Of a DNA stretch of 64,000 bases, positions 13,001 through 27,500 are shown piece after piece (positions within the stretch are counted from its first letter, which is position 1; every line of letters starts with the position of its first letter). This DNA is from the human T2T-CHM13v2.0 reference genome, Homo sapiens, in the NCBI RefSeq assembly GCF_009914755.1, contig NC_060939.1. The stretch is one strand, 5' to 3'. The notes beneath the pieces are model-generated. The model was not told the origin of the DNA, did not search any database, and saw nothing but the letters and a program-made list of their open reading frames with translations. The translations under genes and the position numbers were made by a program.

Positions 13001-15560
13001 ACAGGGTGCTTTTTGACGGGTCACAGCAAGGATTTCCCAGGTGATGCACCTCTCATCAAAGCTCTGCCTACGGGCACATTGTGATATATCTCTGCACTGA
13101 TCACCTAGGTCATGTAACTTTTGTCTAGGCTCTACCTACGATGGTATTGTGACATATCTCTGCACTAATCATCCAAGTGATGTAACACTTGTCTAGGATG
13201 TGCCTAAATTAACTTTTTGACATAACCCTGTACTGATCATCTAGGTGATGGAGCTTTTGTCTAGGCTCTGCCTAAGGGGGCATTGTGACATATTTCTGCA
13301 TTGATCACCCAGGTGGCGAACTCTTCTCTCGGATCTGCCTATGGGGGCATTGTGAGAAATGTCTGCACTGATCACCCAGGTGATGTAACTGTTGTGTAAC
13401 CTCTGCCTACAGGGGAATTGTGAGAGATGTCGCCACTGATTACCCAAGTGATGTAACCATTGTCTAGGCTTTGCGTACAGGGGGCTTTGTGACATACCTT
13501 TGCACTGATCACCCAGGTGATGTAACACATCTAAGTTCGGCCTAAAGGAGCTTTGTGACATATCTCTGCACTGATCACTTAGGTGATGTAACACTTTTAT
13601 AACCACTGCCTACAGGGAACTTTGACACATCTGTACACTGATCACCCAGGTGACGTAACTCTTGTCTACCCTCTGTCCAACGGGTCATTGTGAAATATCT
13701 CTGCACTGATCACCCAGGTGATTCAACTCTTGACTAGGATCTGCCTACAGAGGTTATTGTGAAATATCTCTGCAATGATAAACTAGGTGGTGTAACCCTT
13801 GTCCAAGCTCTGCCTACAGGGGCGTTTTCACATATCCCTGAACTGATGACAGAGGTGATGAACACTTGCCTAGGCTTTGCCTACAGGGGACATTGGACAT
13901 ATATCTGCACTGATCTCCCAGGTGTTGCAACTCTGCCCTAGGCTTTGCCTACAGGGGACATTGTGACATATCTCTTCAATGATCACCCATGTGATGCAAC
14001 TCTTGCCTAGGCTTTGCCTAAAGGGGACATTGTGACATATCTCTGCACTGATCTCCCAGGTACTGTAACTTTCGTCTAGGCTCTGGCTACACGGCATTGT
14101 GACATATCACTGCACTGATCAACCAGGTGATATAACTCTTGTATAGGCTCTGCCTACAGGGGGCTTGTGATATATCTCTGCACTGATCACGATCACCCAG
14201 GTGATATAGCTCTTCTCTAGGATCTGCCTACAGGGTGCTTTGTGACATATCCCTGCACTGATCACCCAGGTGATCTAACTCTGGTCAAAGCTCTGCCTAA
14301 AGGGGCATTGTGACAGATCTCTGCACTGATCACTCAGGTGATGTAACTCTTGTCTAGGCTCTGCTTCCAGGGCATATTGTGACATATCTATGCACTGATC
14401 ACCTTAGTGATGTAACACTTGTGTAGGCTCGGCCTACAGGGGAGTCTTGACATATCTCTGCACTGTTAACCGAGGTGATTTAACTCTTGTCTACGCTGTG
14501 CCCACAGGGGGATTGAGACATATCTCTGCACTGATCACGAGGTGATCCAACTCTTGCCTGGTCTCTGCCTACTGGGGACATTGTGACATATCTCTGCACT
14601 GATCCCCTAGGTGCTGCAACTTTAGTCTAGGCTCTGGCTACACGACATTGTGACATATCACTGCACTGATCACCCAGGTGATATAACTCTTGTCTAGGCT
14701 TTGCCTACAATGGTTTTGTGACATATCTCTGCACTGATCACCCAGGTGATATAACTATTCTCTAGGATCTAACCACAGGGAGCTTTGTGACATATCCCTG
14801 CAATGATCACCCAGGTGATATACCACTTGCCAAGGCTCTGCCTACAGGGGCATTGCAATGAATCTCTGCACTGATCACCTAGGTCTTGTAACTCTTTTCT
14901 AGGATCTGCCTACAGGGTGCTTTGTGACGTATCCCAGCAAGGATTACCCAGGTGATGTAACTCTTGTCTAGGCTCTGCTTCCAGGGCATATTGTGACATA
15001 TCTATGCACTGATCACCTTAGTGATGTAACACTTGTGTAGGCTCGGCCTACAGGGGAGTCTTGACATATCTCTGCACTGTTAACCGAGGTGATTTAACTC
15101 TTGTCTAGGCTGTGCCCACAGGGGGATTGAGACATATCTCTGCACTGATCACGAGGTGATCCAACTCTTGCCTGGTCTCTGCCTACTGGGGACATTGTGA
15201 CATATCTCTGCACTGATCCCCCAGGTGCTGTAACTTTAGTCTAGGCTCTGGCTACACGACATTGTGACATATCACTGCACTGATCACCCAGGTGATATAA
15301 CTCTTGTCTAGGCGTTGCCTACAATGTTCTTGTGACATATCTCTGCACTGATCACCCAGGTGATATAACTATTCCCTAGGATCTAACCACAGGGAGCTTT
15401 GTGACATATCCCTGCAATGATCACCCAGGTGATATACCACTTGCCAAGGCTCTGCCTACAGGGGCATTGCAATGAATCTCTGCACTGATCACCTAGGTCT
15501 TGTAGCTATTTTCTAGGATCTGCCTACAGGGTGCTTTGTGACGGGTCCCAGGAAGGATTA
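7077..15560 (+). repeat. Heterogeneous transition zone with HOR variants of 31, 29, 29 and 37 monomers
   Basis: Marker at 7153, 9261, 11233, 13206, 15731 (spacings 2108, 1972, 1973, 2525). Many private substitutions, local duplications and mixed left/middle lineage variants. Boundaries approximate. Confidence 0.82.
7997..8268 (+). repeat. Local 136-bp (2-monomer) tandem duplication producing a 31-mer HOR
   Basis: GATCTCCCAGGTGCTG at 7997 and 8133. Both copies share the private variants AGGGTCTGGC and CTTTTATAGG. Confidence 0.85.
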
Positions 15561-15562
15561 CC
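14335..15562 (+). repeat. 614-bp (9-monomer) tandem duplication within one HOR
   Basis: At 14941 GGATTACCCAGGTGATGTA continues into ACTCTTGTCTAGGCTCTGCTTCCAGGG, as at 14335, instead of CCTCTCATCAAGG. Both copies share GGGAGTCTTG, GATCACGAGG, GATCTAACCAC and AATGAATCTC. Confidence 0.88.
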
Positions 15563-18500
15563 CAGGTGATGTACCTCTCATCAAGGCTCTGCCTACAGGC
15601 ACATTGCGATATATCTCTGCACTGATCACCTAGGTCATGTAACTTTTGTCTAGGCTCTACCTACGATGGCATTGTGACATATCTCTGCACTAATCATCCA
15701 AGTGATGTAACACTTGTCTAGGATGTGCCTAAATTAACTTTTTGACATAACCCTGTACTGATCATCCAGGTGATGGGGCTTTTTTCTAGGCTCTGCCTAA
15801 GGGGGCATTGTGACATATTTCTGCATTGATCACCCAGGTGGCGAACTCTTCTCTCGGATCTGCCTATGGGGGCATTGTGAGAAATCTCTGCACTGATCAC
15901 CCAGGTGATGTAACTGTTGTGTAACCTCTGCCTACAGGGGAATTGTGAGATATCTCGCCACTGATTACCCAAGTGATGTAACCATTGTCTAGGCTTTGCG
16001 TACAGGGGGCTTTGTGACATACCTTTGCACTGATCACCCAGGTGATGTAACACATCTAAGTTCGGCCTAAAGGAGCTTTGTGACACATCTCTGCACTGAT
16101 CACTTAGGTGATGTAACACTTTTATAATCACTGCCTACAGGGAATTTTGACAAATCTCTGCACTGATCACCTAGGTGATGTAACTCTTGTCTACCCTCTG
16201 TCCAACGGGGCATTGTGAAATATATCTGCACTGAACACACAAGTGATTCAACTCTTGACTAGGAACTGCCTACAGAGGTTATTGTGAAATATCTCTGCAC
16301 TGATAAACTAGGTGGTGTAACCCTTGTCCAAGCTCTGCCTACAGGGGCGTTTCCACATATCCCTGAACTGATGACAAAAGTGATGTAACTCTTGCCTAGG
16401 CTTTGCCTACAGGGGACATTGGACATATATCTGCAGTGATCACCCAGGTGATGCAACTCTTGCCTAGGCTTTGCCTACAGGGGACACTGTGACATATCTC
16501 TTCAATGATCACTCATGTGATGCATCTCTTGCCTAGGCTTTGCCAACAGGGGACATTGTGACATATCTCTGCACTGATCTCCCTGGTACTGTAACTTTAG
16601 TCTAGGCTCTGGCTACACGGCATTGTGACATATCACTGCACTGATCAACCAGGTGATATAACTCTTGTATAGGCTCTGCCTACAGGGGGATTGTGACCTA
16701 CCTCTGCACTGATAACCCAGGTGATATAACTCTTCTCTAGGATCTGCCTACAGGGTGCTTTGTGACATATCCCTGCACTGATCACCCAGGTGACCTAACT
16801 CTGGTCTAAGCTCTGCCTAAAGGGGCATTGTGACAGATCTCTGCACTGATCACTCAGGTGATGTAACTATTGTCTAGGCTCTGCTTAAAGGGGCCTTGTC
16901 ACATATCCCTGCGCTGATCACCCAGGTGATGTAACTCTTGTCTAGGCTCTGCTTCCAGGGCATATTGTGACATAACTATGCACTGATCACCTTAGTGATG
17001 TAACACTTGTGTAGGCTCGGCCTACAGAGGAATCTTGACATATCTCTGCACTGTTAAACGAGGTGATTTAACTCTTGTCTAGGCTGTGCCCACAGGGGGA
17101 TTGAGACATATCTCTGCACTGATCCCGAGGTGATCCAACTCTTGCCTGGTCTCTGCCTCCTGGGGACATTGTGACATATCTCTGCACTGATCTAACAGTT
17201 TCTGTAAATTTTGTCTAGGCTCTGGCTACAAGGCTTTGTGACCTATCACTGCACTGATCACCCAGGCGATACAACTCTTGTCTAGGCTCTGCCTACAATG
17301 GTCTTGTGACATATCTCTGCACTGATCACCCAGGTGATATAACTCTTCTCTAGGATCTGACCACGGGGTGCTTTGTGACATATCCCTGCAATGATCACCC
17401 AGGTGATATACCACTTGCCAAGGCTCTGCCTACAGGGGCATTGCAATGTATCTCTGCACTGATCACCTAGGTCTTGTAGCTATTTTCTAGGATCTGCCTA
17501 CAGGGTGCTTTGTGACGGGTCCCAGCAAGGATTACCCAGGTGATGTACTTCTCATCAAGGCTCTGCCTACAGGCACATTGCGATATATCTCTGCACTGAT
17601 CACCTAGGTCATGTAACTTTTGTCTAGGCTCTACCTACGATGGCATTGTGACATATCTCTGCACTAATCATCCAAGTGATGTAACACTTGTCTAGGATGT
17701 GCCTAAATTAACTTTTTGACATAACCCTGTAGTGATCATCCAGGTGATGGGGCTTTTGTCTAGGCTCTGCCTAAGGGGGCATTGTGACATATTTCTGCAT
17801 TGATCACCCAGGTGGCGAACTCTTCTCTCGGATCTGCCTATGGGGGCATTGTGAGAAATCTCTGAACTGATCACCCAGGTGATGTAACTGTTGTGTAACC
17901 TCTGCCTACAGGGGAATTGTGAGAGATCTCGCCACTGATTACCCAAGTGATGTAACCATTGTCTAGGCTTTGCGTACAGGGGGCTTTGTGACATACCTTT
18001 GCACTGATCACCCAGGTGATGTAACACATCTAATTTCGGCCTAAAGGAGCTTTGTGACACATCTCTGCACTGATCACTTTGGTGATGTAACACTTTTATA
18101 ATCACTGCCTACAGAGAATTTTGACAAATCTCTGCACTGATCACCTAGGTGATGTAACTCTTGTCTACCCTCTGTCCAACGGGGCATTGTGAAATATCTC
18201 TGCACTGAACACACAAGTGATTCAACTCATGACTAGGAACTGCCTACAGAGGTTATTGTGAAATATCTCTGCACTGATAAACTAGGTTGTGTAACCCTTG
18301 TCCAAGCTCTGCCTACAGGGGCGTTTCCACATATCCCTGAACTGATGACAAAGGTGATGTAACTCTTGCCTAGGCTTTGCCTACAGGGGACATTGGACAT
18401 ATATCTGCAGTGATCACCCAGGTGATGCAACTCTTGCCTAGGCTTTGCCTACAGGGGACACTGTGACATATCTCTTCAATGATCACTCATGTGATGCATC

Positions 18501-21500
18501 TCTTGCCTAGGCTTTGCCAACAGGGGACATTGTGACATATCTCTGCACTGATCTTCCTGGTACTGTAACTTTAGTCTAGGCTCTGGCTACACGGCATTGT
18601 GACATATCACTGCACTGATCAACCAGGTGATATAACTCTTGTATAGGCTCTGCCTACAGGGGGATTGTGACCTACCTCTGCACTGATCACCCAGGTGATA
18701 TAACTCTTCTCTAGGATCTGCCTACAGGGTGCTTTGTGACATATCCCTGCACTGATCACCCAGGTGACCTAATTCTGGTCTAAGCTCTGCCTAAAGGGGC
18801 ATTGTGACAGATCTCTGCACTGATCACTCAGGTGATGTAACTATTGTCTAGGCTCTGCTTAAAGGGGCCTTGTCACATATCCCTGCACTGATCACCCAGG
18901 TGATGTAACTCTTGTCTAGGCTCTGCTTCCAGGGCATATTGTGACATAACTATGCACTGATCACCTTAGTGATGTAACACTTGTGTAGGCTCGGCCTACA
19001 GAGGAATCTTGACATATCTCTGCACTGTTAAACGAGGTGATTTAACTCTTGTCTAGGCTGTGCCCACAGGGGGATTGAGACATATCTCTGCACTGATCCC
19101 GAAGTGATCCAACTCTTGCCTGGTCTCTGCCTACTGGGGACATTGTGACATATCTCTGCACTGATCTAACAGTTTCTGTAAATTTTGTCTAGGCTCTGGC
19201 TACAAGGCTTTGTGACCTATCACTGCACTGATCACCCAGGCGATACAACTCCTGTCTAGGCTCTGCCTACAATGGTCTTGTGACATATCTCTGCACTGAT
19301 CACCCAGGTGATATAACTCTTCTCTAGGATCTGACCACGGGGTGCTTTGTGACATATCCCTGCAATGATCACCCAGGTGATATACCACTTGCCAAGGCTC
19401 TGCCTACAGGGGCATTGCAATGTATCTCTGCACTGATCACCTAGGTCTTGTAGCTATTTTCTAGGATCTGCCTACAGGGTGCTTTTTGACGGGTCACAGC
19501 AAGGATTTCCCAGGTGATGTACCTCTCATCAAAGCTCTGCCTACGGGCACATTGTGATATATCTCTGCACTGATCACCTAGGTCATGTAACTTTTGTCTA
19601 GGCTCTACCTACGATGGTATTGTGACATATCTCTGCACTAATCATCCAAGTGATGTAACACTTGTCTAGGATGTGCCTAAATTAACTTTTTGACATAACC
19701 CTGTACTGATCATCCAGGTGATGGAGCTTTTGTCTAGGCTCTGCCTAAGGGGGCATTGTGACATATTTCTGCATTGATCACCCAGGTGGCGAACTCTTCT
19801 CTCGGATCTGCCTATGGGGGCATTGTGAGAAATGTCTGCACTGATCACCCAGGTGATGTAACTGTTGTGTAACCTCTGCCTACAGGGGAATTGTGAGAGA
19901 TCTCGCCACTGATTACCCAAGTGATGTAACCATGGTCTAGGCTTTGCGTACAGGGGGCTTTGTGACATACCTTTGCACTGATCACCCAGGTGATGTAACA
20001 AATCTAAGTTCGGCCTAAAGGAGCTTTGTGACACATCTCTGCACTGATCACTTAGGTGATGTAACACTTTTATAATCACTGCCTACAGGGAATTTTGACA
20101 AATCTCTGCACTGATCACCTAGGTGATGTAACTCTAGTCTACCCTCTGTCCAACGGGGCATTGTGAAATATCTCAGCACTGAACACCCAGGTGATTCAAC
20201 TCTTGACTAGGAACTGCCTACAGAGGTTATTGTGAAATATCTCTGCACTGATAAACTAGGTGGTGTAACCCTTGTCCAAGCTCTGCCTACAGGGGCGTTT
20301 CCACATATCCCTGAACTGATGACAAAGGTGATGTAACTCTTGCCTAGGCTTTGCCTACAGGGTCATTGGACATATATCTGCACTGATCACCGAGGTGATG
20401 CAACTCTTGCCTAGGCTTTGCCTACAGGGGACACTGTGACATATCTCTTTAATGATCACTCATGTGATGCATCTCTTGCCTAGGCTTTGCAAACACGGGA
20501 CATTGTGACATATCTCTGCACTGATCTCCCTGGTACTGTAACTTTAGTCTAGGCTCTGGCTACACGGCATTGTGACATATCACTGCACTGATCAACCAGG
20601 TGATATAACTCTTGTATAGGCTCTGCCTACAGGGGGATTGTGACCTACCTCTGCACTGATCACCAGGTGATATAACTCTTCTCTAGGATCTGCCTACAGG
20701 GTGATTTGTGACATATCCCTGCACTGATCACCCAGGTGACCTAACTCTGGTCTAAGCTCTGCCTAAAGGGGCATTGTGACAGATCTCTGCACTGATCACT
20801 CAGGTGATGTAACTATTGTCTAGGCTCTGCTTAAAGGGGCCTTGTCACATATCCCTGCGCTGATCACCCAGGTGATGTAACTCTTGTCTAGGCTCTGCTT
20901 CCAGGGCATATTGTGACATAACTATGCACTGATCACCTTAGTGATGTAACACTTGTGTAGGCTCGGCCTACAGAGGAATCTTGACATATCTCTGCACTGT
21001 TAAACGAGGTGATTTAACTCTTGTCTAGGCTGTGCCCACAGGGGATTGAGACATATCTCTGCACTGATCCCGAGGTGATCCAACTCTTGCCTGGTCTCTG
21101 CCTACTGGGGACATTGTGACATATCTCTGCACTGATCTCCCAGGTGCTGTAAATTTTGTCTAGGCTCTGGCTACACGGCATTGTGACTTATCACTGCACT
21201 GATCACCCAGGCGATACAACTCTTGTCTAGGCTCTGCCTACAATGGTCTTGTGACATATCTCTGCACTGATCACCCAGGTGATATAACTCTTCTCTAGGA
21301 TCTGACCACGGGGTGCTTTGTGACATATCCCTGAAATGATTACCCAGGAGATATACCACTTGCCAAGGCTCTGCTTACAGGGGCATTGCAATGTATCTCT
21401 GCACTGATCACCTAGGTCTTGTAGCTATTTTCTGGGATCTGCCTACAGGGTGCTTTGTGACGGGTCCCAGCAAGGATTACCCAGGTGATGTACCTCTCAT

Positions 21501-24500
21501 CAAGGCTCTGCCTACAGGCACATTGCGATATATCTCTGCACTGATCACCTAGGTCATGTAACTTTTGTCTAGGCTCTACCTACGATGGTATTGTGACATA
21601 TCTCTGCACTAATCATCCAAGTGATGTAACACTTGTCTAGGATGTGCCTAAATTAACTTTTTGACATAACCCTGTACTGATCATCCAGGTGATGGGGCTT
21701 TTGTCTAGGCTCTGCCTAAGGGTTCATTGTGACATATTTCTGCATTGATCACCCAGGTGGCGATCACTTCTCTCGGATCTGCCTATGGGGGCATTGTGAG
21801 AAATCTCTGTACTGATCACCCAGGTGATGTAACTGTTGTGTAACCTCTGCCTACAGGGGAATTGTGAGAGATCTCGCCACTGATTACCCAAGTGATGTAA
21901 CCATTGTCTAGGCTTTGCGTACAGGGGTCTTTGTGACATACCTTTGCACTGATCACCCAGGTGATGTAACACATCTACGTTCGGCCTAAAGGAGCATTGT
22001 GACACATCTCTGCACTGATCTCTTAGGTGATGTAACACTTTTATAATCACTGCCTACAGGGAATTTTGAGAAATCTCTGCACTGATCACCTAGGTGATGT
22101 AACCCTTGTCTACCCTCTGTCCAACGGGGCATTGTGAAATATCTCAGCACTGAACACCCAGGTGATTCAACTCTTGACTAGGAACTGCCTACAGAGGTTA
22201 TTGTGAAATATCTCTGCACTGATAAACTAGGTGGTGTAACCCTTGTCCAAGCTCTGCCTACAGGGGCGTTTCCACATATCCCTGAACTGATGACAAAGGT
22301 GATGTAACTCTTGCCTAGGCTTTGCCTACAGGGGCATTGGACATATATCTGCACTGATCACCCAGGTGATGCAACTCTTGCCTAGGCTTTGCCTACAGGG
22401 GACACTGTGACATATCTCTTCAATGATCACTCATGTGATGCATCTCTTGCCTAGGCTTTGCCAACAGGGGACATTGTGACATATCTCTGCACTGATCTTC
22501 CTGGTACTGTAACTTTAGTCTAGGCTCTGGCTACACGGCATTGTGACATATCACTGCACTGATCAACCAGGTGATATAACTCTTGTATAGGCTCTGCCTA
22601 CAGGGGGATTGTGACCTACCTCTGCACTGATCACACAGGTGATATAACTCTTCTCTAGGATCTGCCTACTGGGTGCTTTGTGACATATCCCTGCACTGAT
22701 CACCCAGGTGACCTAACTCTGGTCTAAGCTCTGCCTAAAGGGGCATTGTGACAGATCTCTCCACTGATCACTCAGGTGATGTAACTATTGTCTAGGCTCT
22801 GCTTAAAGGGGCCTTGTCACATATCCCTGCACTGATCACCCAGGTGATGTAACTCTTGTCTAGGCTCTGCTTCCAGGGCATATTGTGACATAACTATGCA
22901 CTGATCACCTTAGTGATGTAACACTTGTGTAGGCTCGGCCTACAGAGGAATCTTGACATATCTCTGCACTGTTAAACGAGGTGATTTAACTCTTGTCTAG
23001 GCTGTGCCCACAGGGGGATTGAGACATATCTCTGCACTGATCCCGAGGTGATCCAACTCTTGCCTGGTCTCTGCCTCCTGGGGACATTGTGACATATCTC
23101 TGCACTGATCTAACAGTTTCTGTAAATTTTGTCTAGGCTCTGGCTACAAGGCTTTGTGACCTATCACTGCACTGATCACCCAGGCGATACAACTCCTGTC
23201 TAGGCTCTGCCTACAATGGTCTTGTGACATATCTCTGCACTGATCACCCAGGTGATATAACTCTTCTCTAGGATCTGACCACGGGGTGCTTTGTGACATA
23301 TCCCTGCAATGATCACCCAGGTGATATACCACTTGCCAAGGCTCTGCCTACAGGGGCATTGCAATGTATCTCTGCACTGATCACCTAGGTCTTGTAGCTA
23401 TTTTCTAGGATCTGCCTACAGGGTGCTTTTTGACGGGTCACAGCAAGGATTTCCCAGGTGATGTACCTCTCATCAAAGCTCTGCCTACGGGCACATTGTG
23501 ATATATCTCTGCACTGATCACCTAGGTCATGTAACTTTTGTCTAGGCTCTACCTACGATGGTATTGTGACATATCTCTGCACTAATCATCCAAGTGATGT
23601 AACACTTGTCTAGGATGTGCCTAAATTAACTTTTTGACATAACCCTGTACTGATCATCCAGGTGATGGAGCTTTTGTCTAGGCTCTGCCTAAGGGGGCAT
23701 TGTGACATATTTCTGCATTGATCACCCAGGTGGCGAACTCTTCTCTCGGATCTGCCTATGGGGGCATTGTGAGAAATGTCTGCACTGATCACCCAGGTGA
23801 TGTAACTGTTGTGTAACCTCTGCCTACAGGGGAATTGTGAGAGATCTCGCCACTGATTACCCAAGTGATGTAACCATGGTCTAGGCTTTGCGTACAGGGG
23901 GCTTTGTGACATACCTTTGCACTGATCACCCAGGTGATGTAACACATCTAAGTTCGGCCTAAAGGAGCTTTGTGACACATCTCTGCACTGATCACTTAGG
24001 TGATGTAACACTTTTATAATCACTGCCTACAGGGAATTTTGACAAATCTCTGCACTGATCACCTAGGTGATGTAACTCTAGTCTACCCTCTGTCCAACGG
24101 GGCATTGTGAAATATCTCAGCACTGAACACCCAGGTGATTCAACTCTTGACTAGGAACTGCCTACAGAGGTTATTGTGAAATATCTCTGCACTGATAAAC
24201 TAGGTGGTGTAACCCTTGTCCAAGCTCTGCCTACAGGGGCGTTTCCACATATCCCTGAACTAATGACAAAGGTGATGTAACTCTTGCCTAGGCTTTGCCT
24301 ACAGGGTCATTGGACATATATCTGCACTGATCACCCAGGTGATGCAACTCTTGCCTAGGCTTTGCCTACAGGGGACACTGTGACATATCTCTTTAATGAT
24401 CACTCATGTGATGCATCTCTTGCCTAGGCTTTGCCAACAGGGGACATTGTGACATATCTCTGCACTGATCTCCCTGGTACTGTAACTTTAGTCTAGGCTC

Positions 24501-27500
24501 TGGCTACACGGCATTGTGACATATCACTGCACTGATCAACCAGGTGATATAACTCTTGTATAGGCTCTGCCTACAGGGGGATTGTGACCTACCTCTGCAC
24601 TGATCACCAGGTGATATAACTCTTCTCTAGGATCTGCCTACAGGGTGATTTGTGACATATCCCTGCACTGATCACCCAGGTGACCTAACTCTGGTCTAAG
24701 CTCTGCCTAAAGGGGCATTGTGACAGTTCTCTGCACTGATCACTCAGGTGATGTAACTATTGTCTATGCTCTGCTTAAAGGGGCCTTGTCACATATCCCT
24801 GCGCTGATCACCCAGGTGATGTAACTCTTGTCTAGGCTCTGCTTCCAGGGCATATTGTGACATAACTATGCACTGATCACCTTAGTGATGTAACACTTGT
24901 GTAGGCTCGGCCTACAGAGGAATCTTGACATATCTCTGCACTGTTAAACGAGGTGATTTAACTCTTGTCTAGGCTGTGCCCACAGGGGATTGAGACATAT
25001 CTCTGCACTGATCCCGAGGTGATCCAACTCTTGCCTGGTCTCTGCCTACTGGGGACATTGTGACATATCTCTGCACTGATCTCCCAGGTGCTGTAAATTT
25101 TGTCTAGGCTCTGGCTACACGGCATTGTGACTTATCACTGCACTGATCACCCAGGCGATACAACTCTTGTCTAGGCTCTGCCTACAATGGTCTTGTGACA
25201 TATCTCTGCACTGATCACCCAGGTGATATAACTCTTCTCTAGGATCTGACCACGGGGTGCTTTGTGACATATCCCTGAAATGATTACCCAGGAGATATAC
25301 CACTTGCCAAGGCTCTGCTTACAGGGGCATTGCAATGTATCTCTGCACTGATCACCTAGGTCTTGTAGCTATTTTCTGGGATCTGCCTACAGGGTGCTTT
25401 GTGACGGGTCCCAGCAAGGATTACCCAGGTGATGTACCTCTCATCAAGGCTCTGCCTACAGGCACATTGCGATATATCTCTGCACTGATCACCTAGGTCA
25501 TGTAACTTTTGTCTAGGCTCTACCTACGATGGTATTGTGACATATCTCTGCACTAATCATCCAAGTGATGTAACACTTGTCTAGGATGTGCCTAAATTAA
25601 CTTTTTGACATAACCCTGTACTGATCATCCAGGTGATGGGGCTTTTGTCTAGGCTCTGCCTAAGGGTTCATTGTGACATATTTCTGCATTGATCACCCAG
25701 GTGGCGATCACTTCTCTCGGATCTGCCTATGGGGGCATTGTGAGAAATCTCTGTACTGATCACCCAGGTGATGTAACTGTTGTGTAACCTCTGCCTACAG
25801 GGGAATTGTGAGAGATCTCGCCACTGATTACCCAAGTGATGTAACCATTGTCTAGGCTTTGCGTACAGGGGTCTTTGTGACATACCTTTGCACTGATCAC
25901 CCAGGTGATGTAACACATCTACGTTCGGCCTAAAGGAGCTTTGTGACACATCTCTGCACTGATCACTTAGGTGATGTAACACTTTTATAATCACTGCCTA
26001 CAGGGAATTTTGAGAAATCTCTGCACTGATCACCTAGGTGATGTAACCCTTGTCTACCCTCTGTCCAACGGGGCATTGTGAAATATCTCAGCACTGAACA
26101 CCCAGGTGATTCAACTCTTGACTAGGAACTGCCTACAGAGGTTATTGTGAAATATCTCTGCACTGATAAACTAGGTGGTGTAACCCTTGTCCAAGCTCTG
26201 CCTACAGGGGCGTTTCCACATATCCCTGAACTGATGACAAAGGTGATGTAACTCTTGCCTAGGCTTTGCCTACAGGGGCATTGGACATATATCTGCACTG
26301 ATCACCCAGGTGATGCAACTCTTGCCTAGGCTTTGCCTACAGGGGACACTGTGACATATCTCTTCAATGATCACTCATGTGATGCATCTCTTGCCTAGGC
26401 TTTGCCTACAGGGGACATTGTGACATATCTCTGCACTGATCTCCCTGGTACTGTAACTTTAGTCTAGGCTCTGGCTACACGGCATTGTGACATATCACTG
26501 CACTGATCAACCAGGTGATATAACTCTTGTATAGGCTCTGCCTACAGGGGGATTGTGACCTACCTCTGCACTGATCACACAGGTGATATAACTCTTCTCT
26601 AGGATCTGCCTACTGGGTGCTTTGTGACATATCCCTGCACTGATCACCCAGGTGACCTAACTCTGGTCTAAGCTCTGCCTAAAGGGGCATTGTGACAGAT
26701 CTCTCCACTGATCACTCAGGTGATGTAACTATTGTCTAGGCTCTGCTTAAAGGGGCCTTGTCACATATCCCTGCACTGATCACCCAGGTGATGTAACTCT
26801 TGTCTAGGCTCTGCTTCCAGGGCATATTGTGACATAACTATGCACTGATCACCTTAGTGATGTAACACTTGTGTAGGCTCGGCCTACAGAGGAATCTTGA
26901 CATATCTCTGCACTGTTAAACGAGGTGATTTAACTCTTGTCTAGGCTGTGCCCACAGGGGGATTGAGACATATCTCTGCACTGATCCCGAGGTGATCCAA
27001 CTCTTGCCTGGTCTCTGCCTCCTGGGGACATTGTGACATATCTCTGCACTGATCTAACAGTTTCTGTAAATTTTGTCTAGGCTCTGGCTACAAGGCTTTG
27101 TGACCTATCACTGCACTGATCACCCAGGCGATACAACTCCTGTCTAGGCTCTGCCTACAATGGTCTTGTGACATATCTCTGCACTGATCACCCAGGTGAT
27201 ATAACTCTTCTCTAGGATCTGACCACGGGGTGCTTTGTGACATATCCCTGCAATGATCACCCAGGTGATATACCACTTGCCAAGGCTCTGCCTACAGGGG
27301 CATTGCAATGTATCTCTGCACTGATCACCTAGGTCTTGTAGCTATTTTCTAGGATCTGCCTACAGGGTGCTTTTTGACGGGTCACAGCAAGGATTTCCCA
27401 GGTGATGTACCTCTCATCAAAGCTCTGCCTACGGGCACATTGTGATATATCTCTGCACTGATCACCTAGGTCATGTAACTTTTGTCTAGGCTCTACCTAC

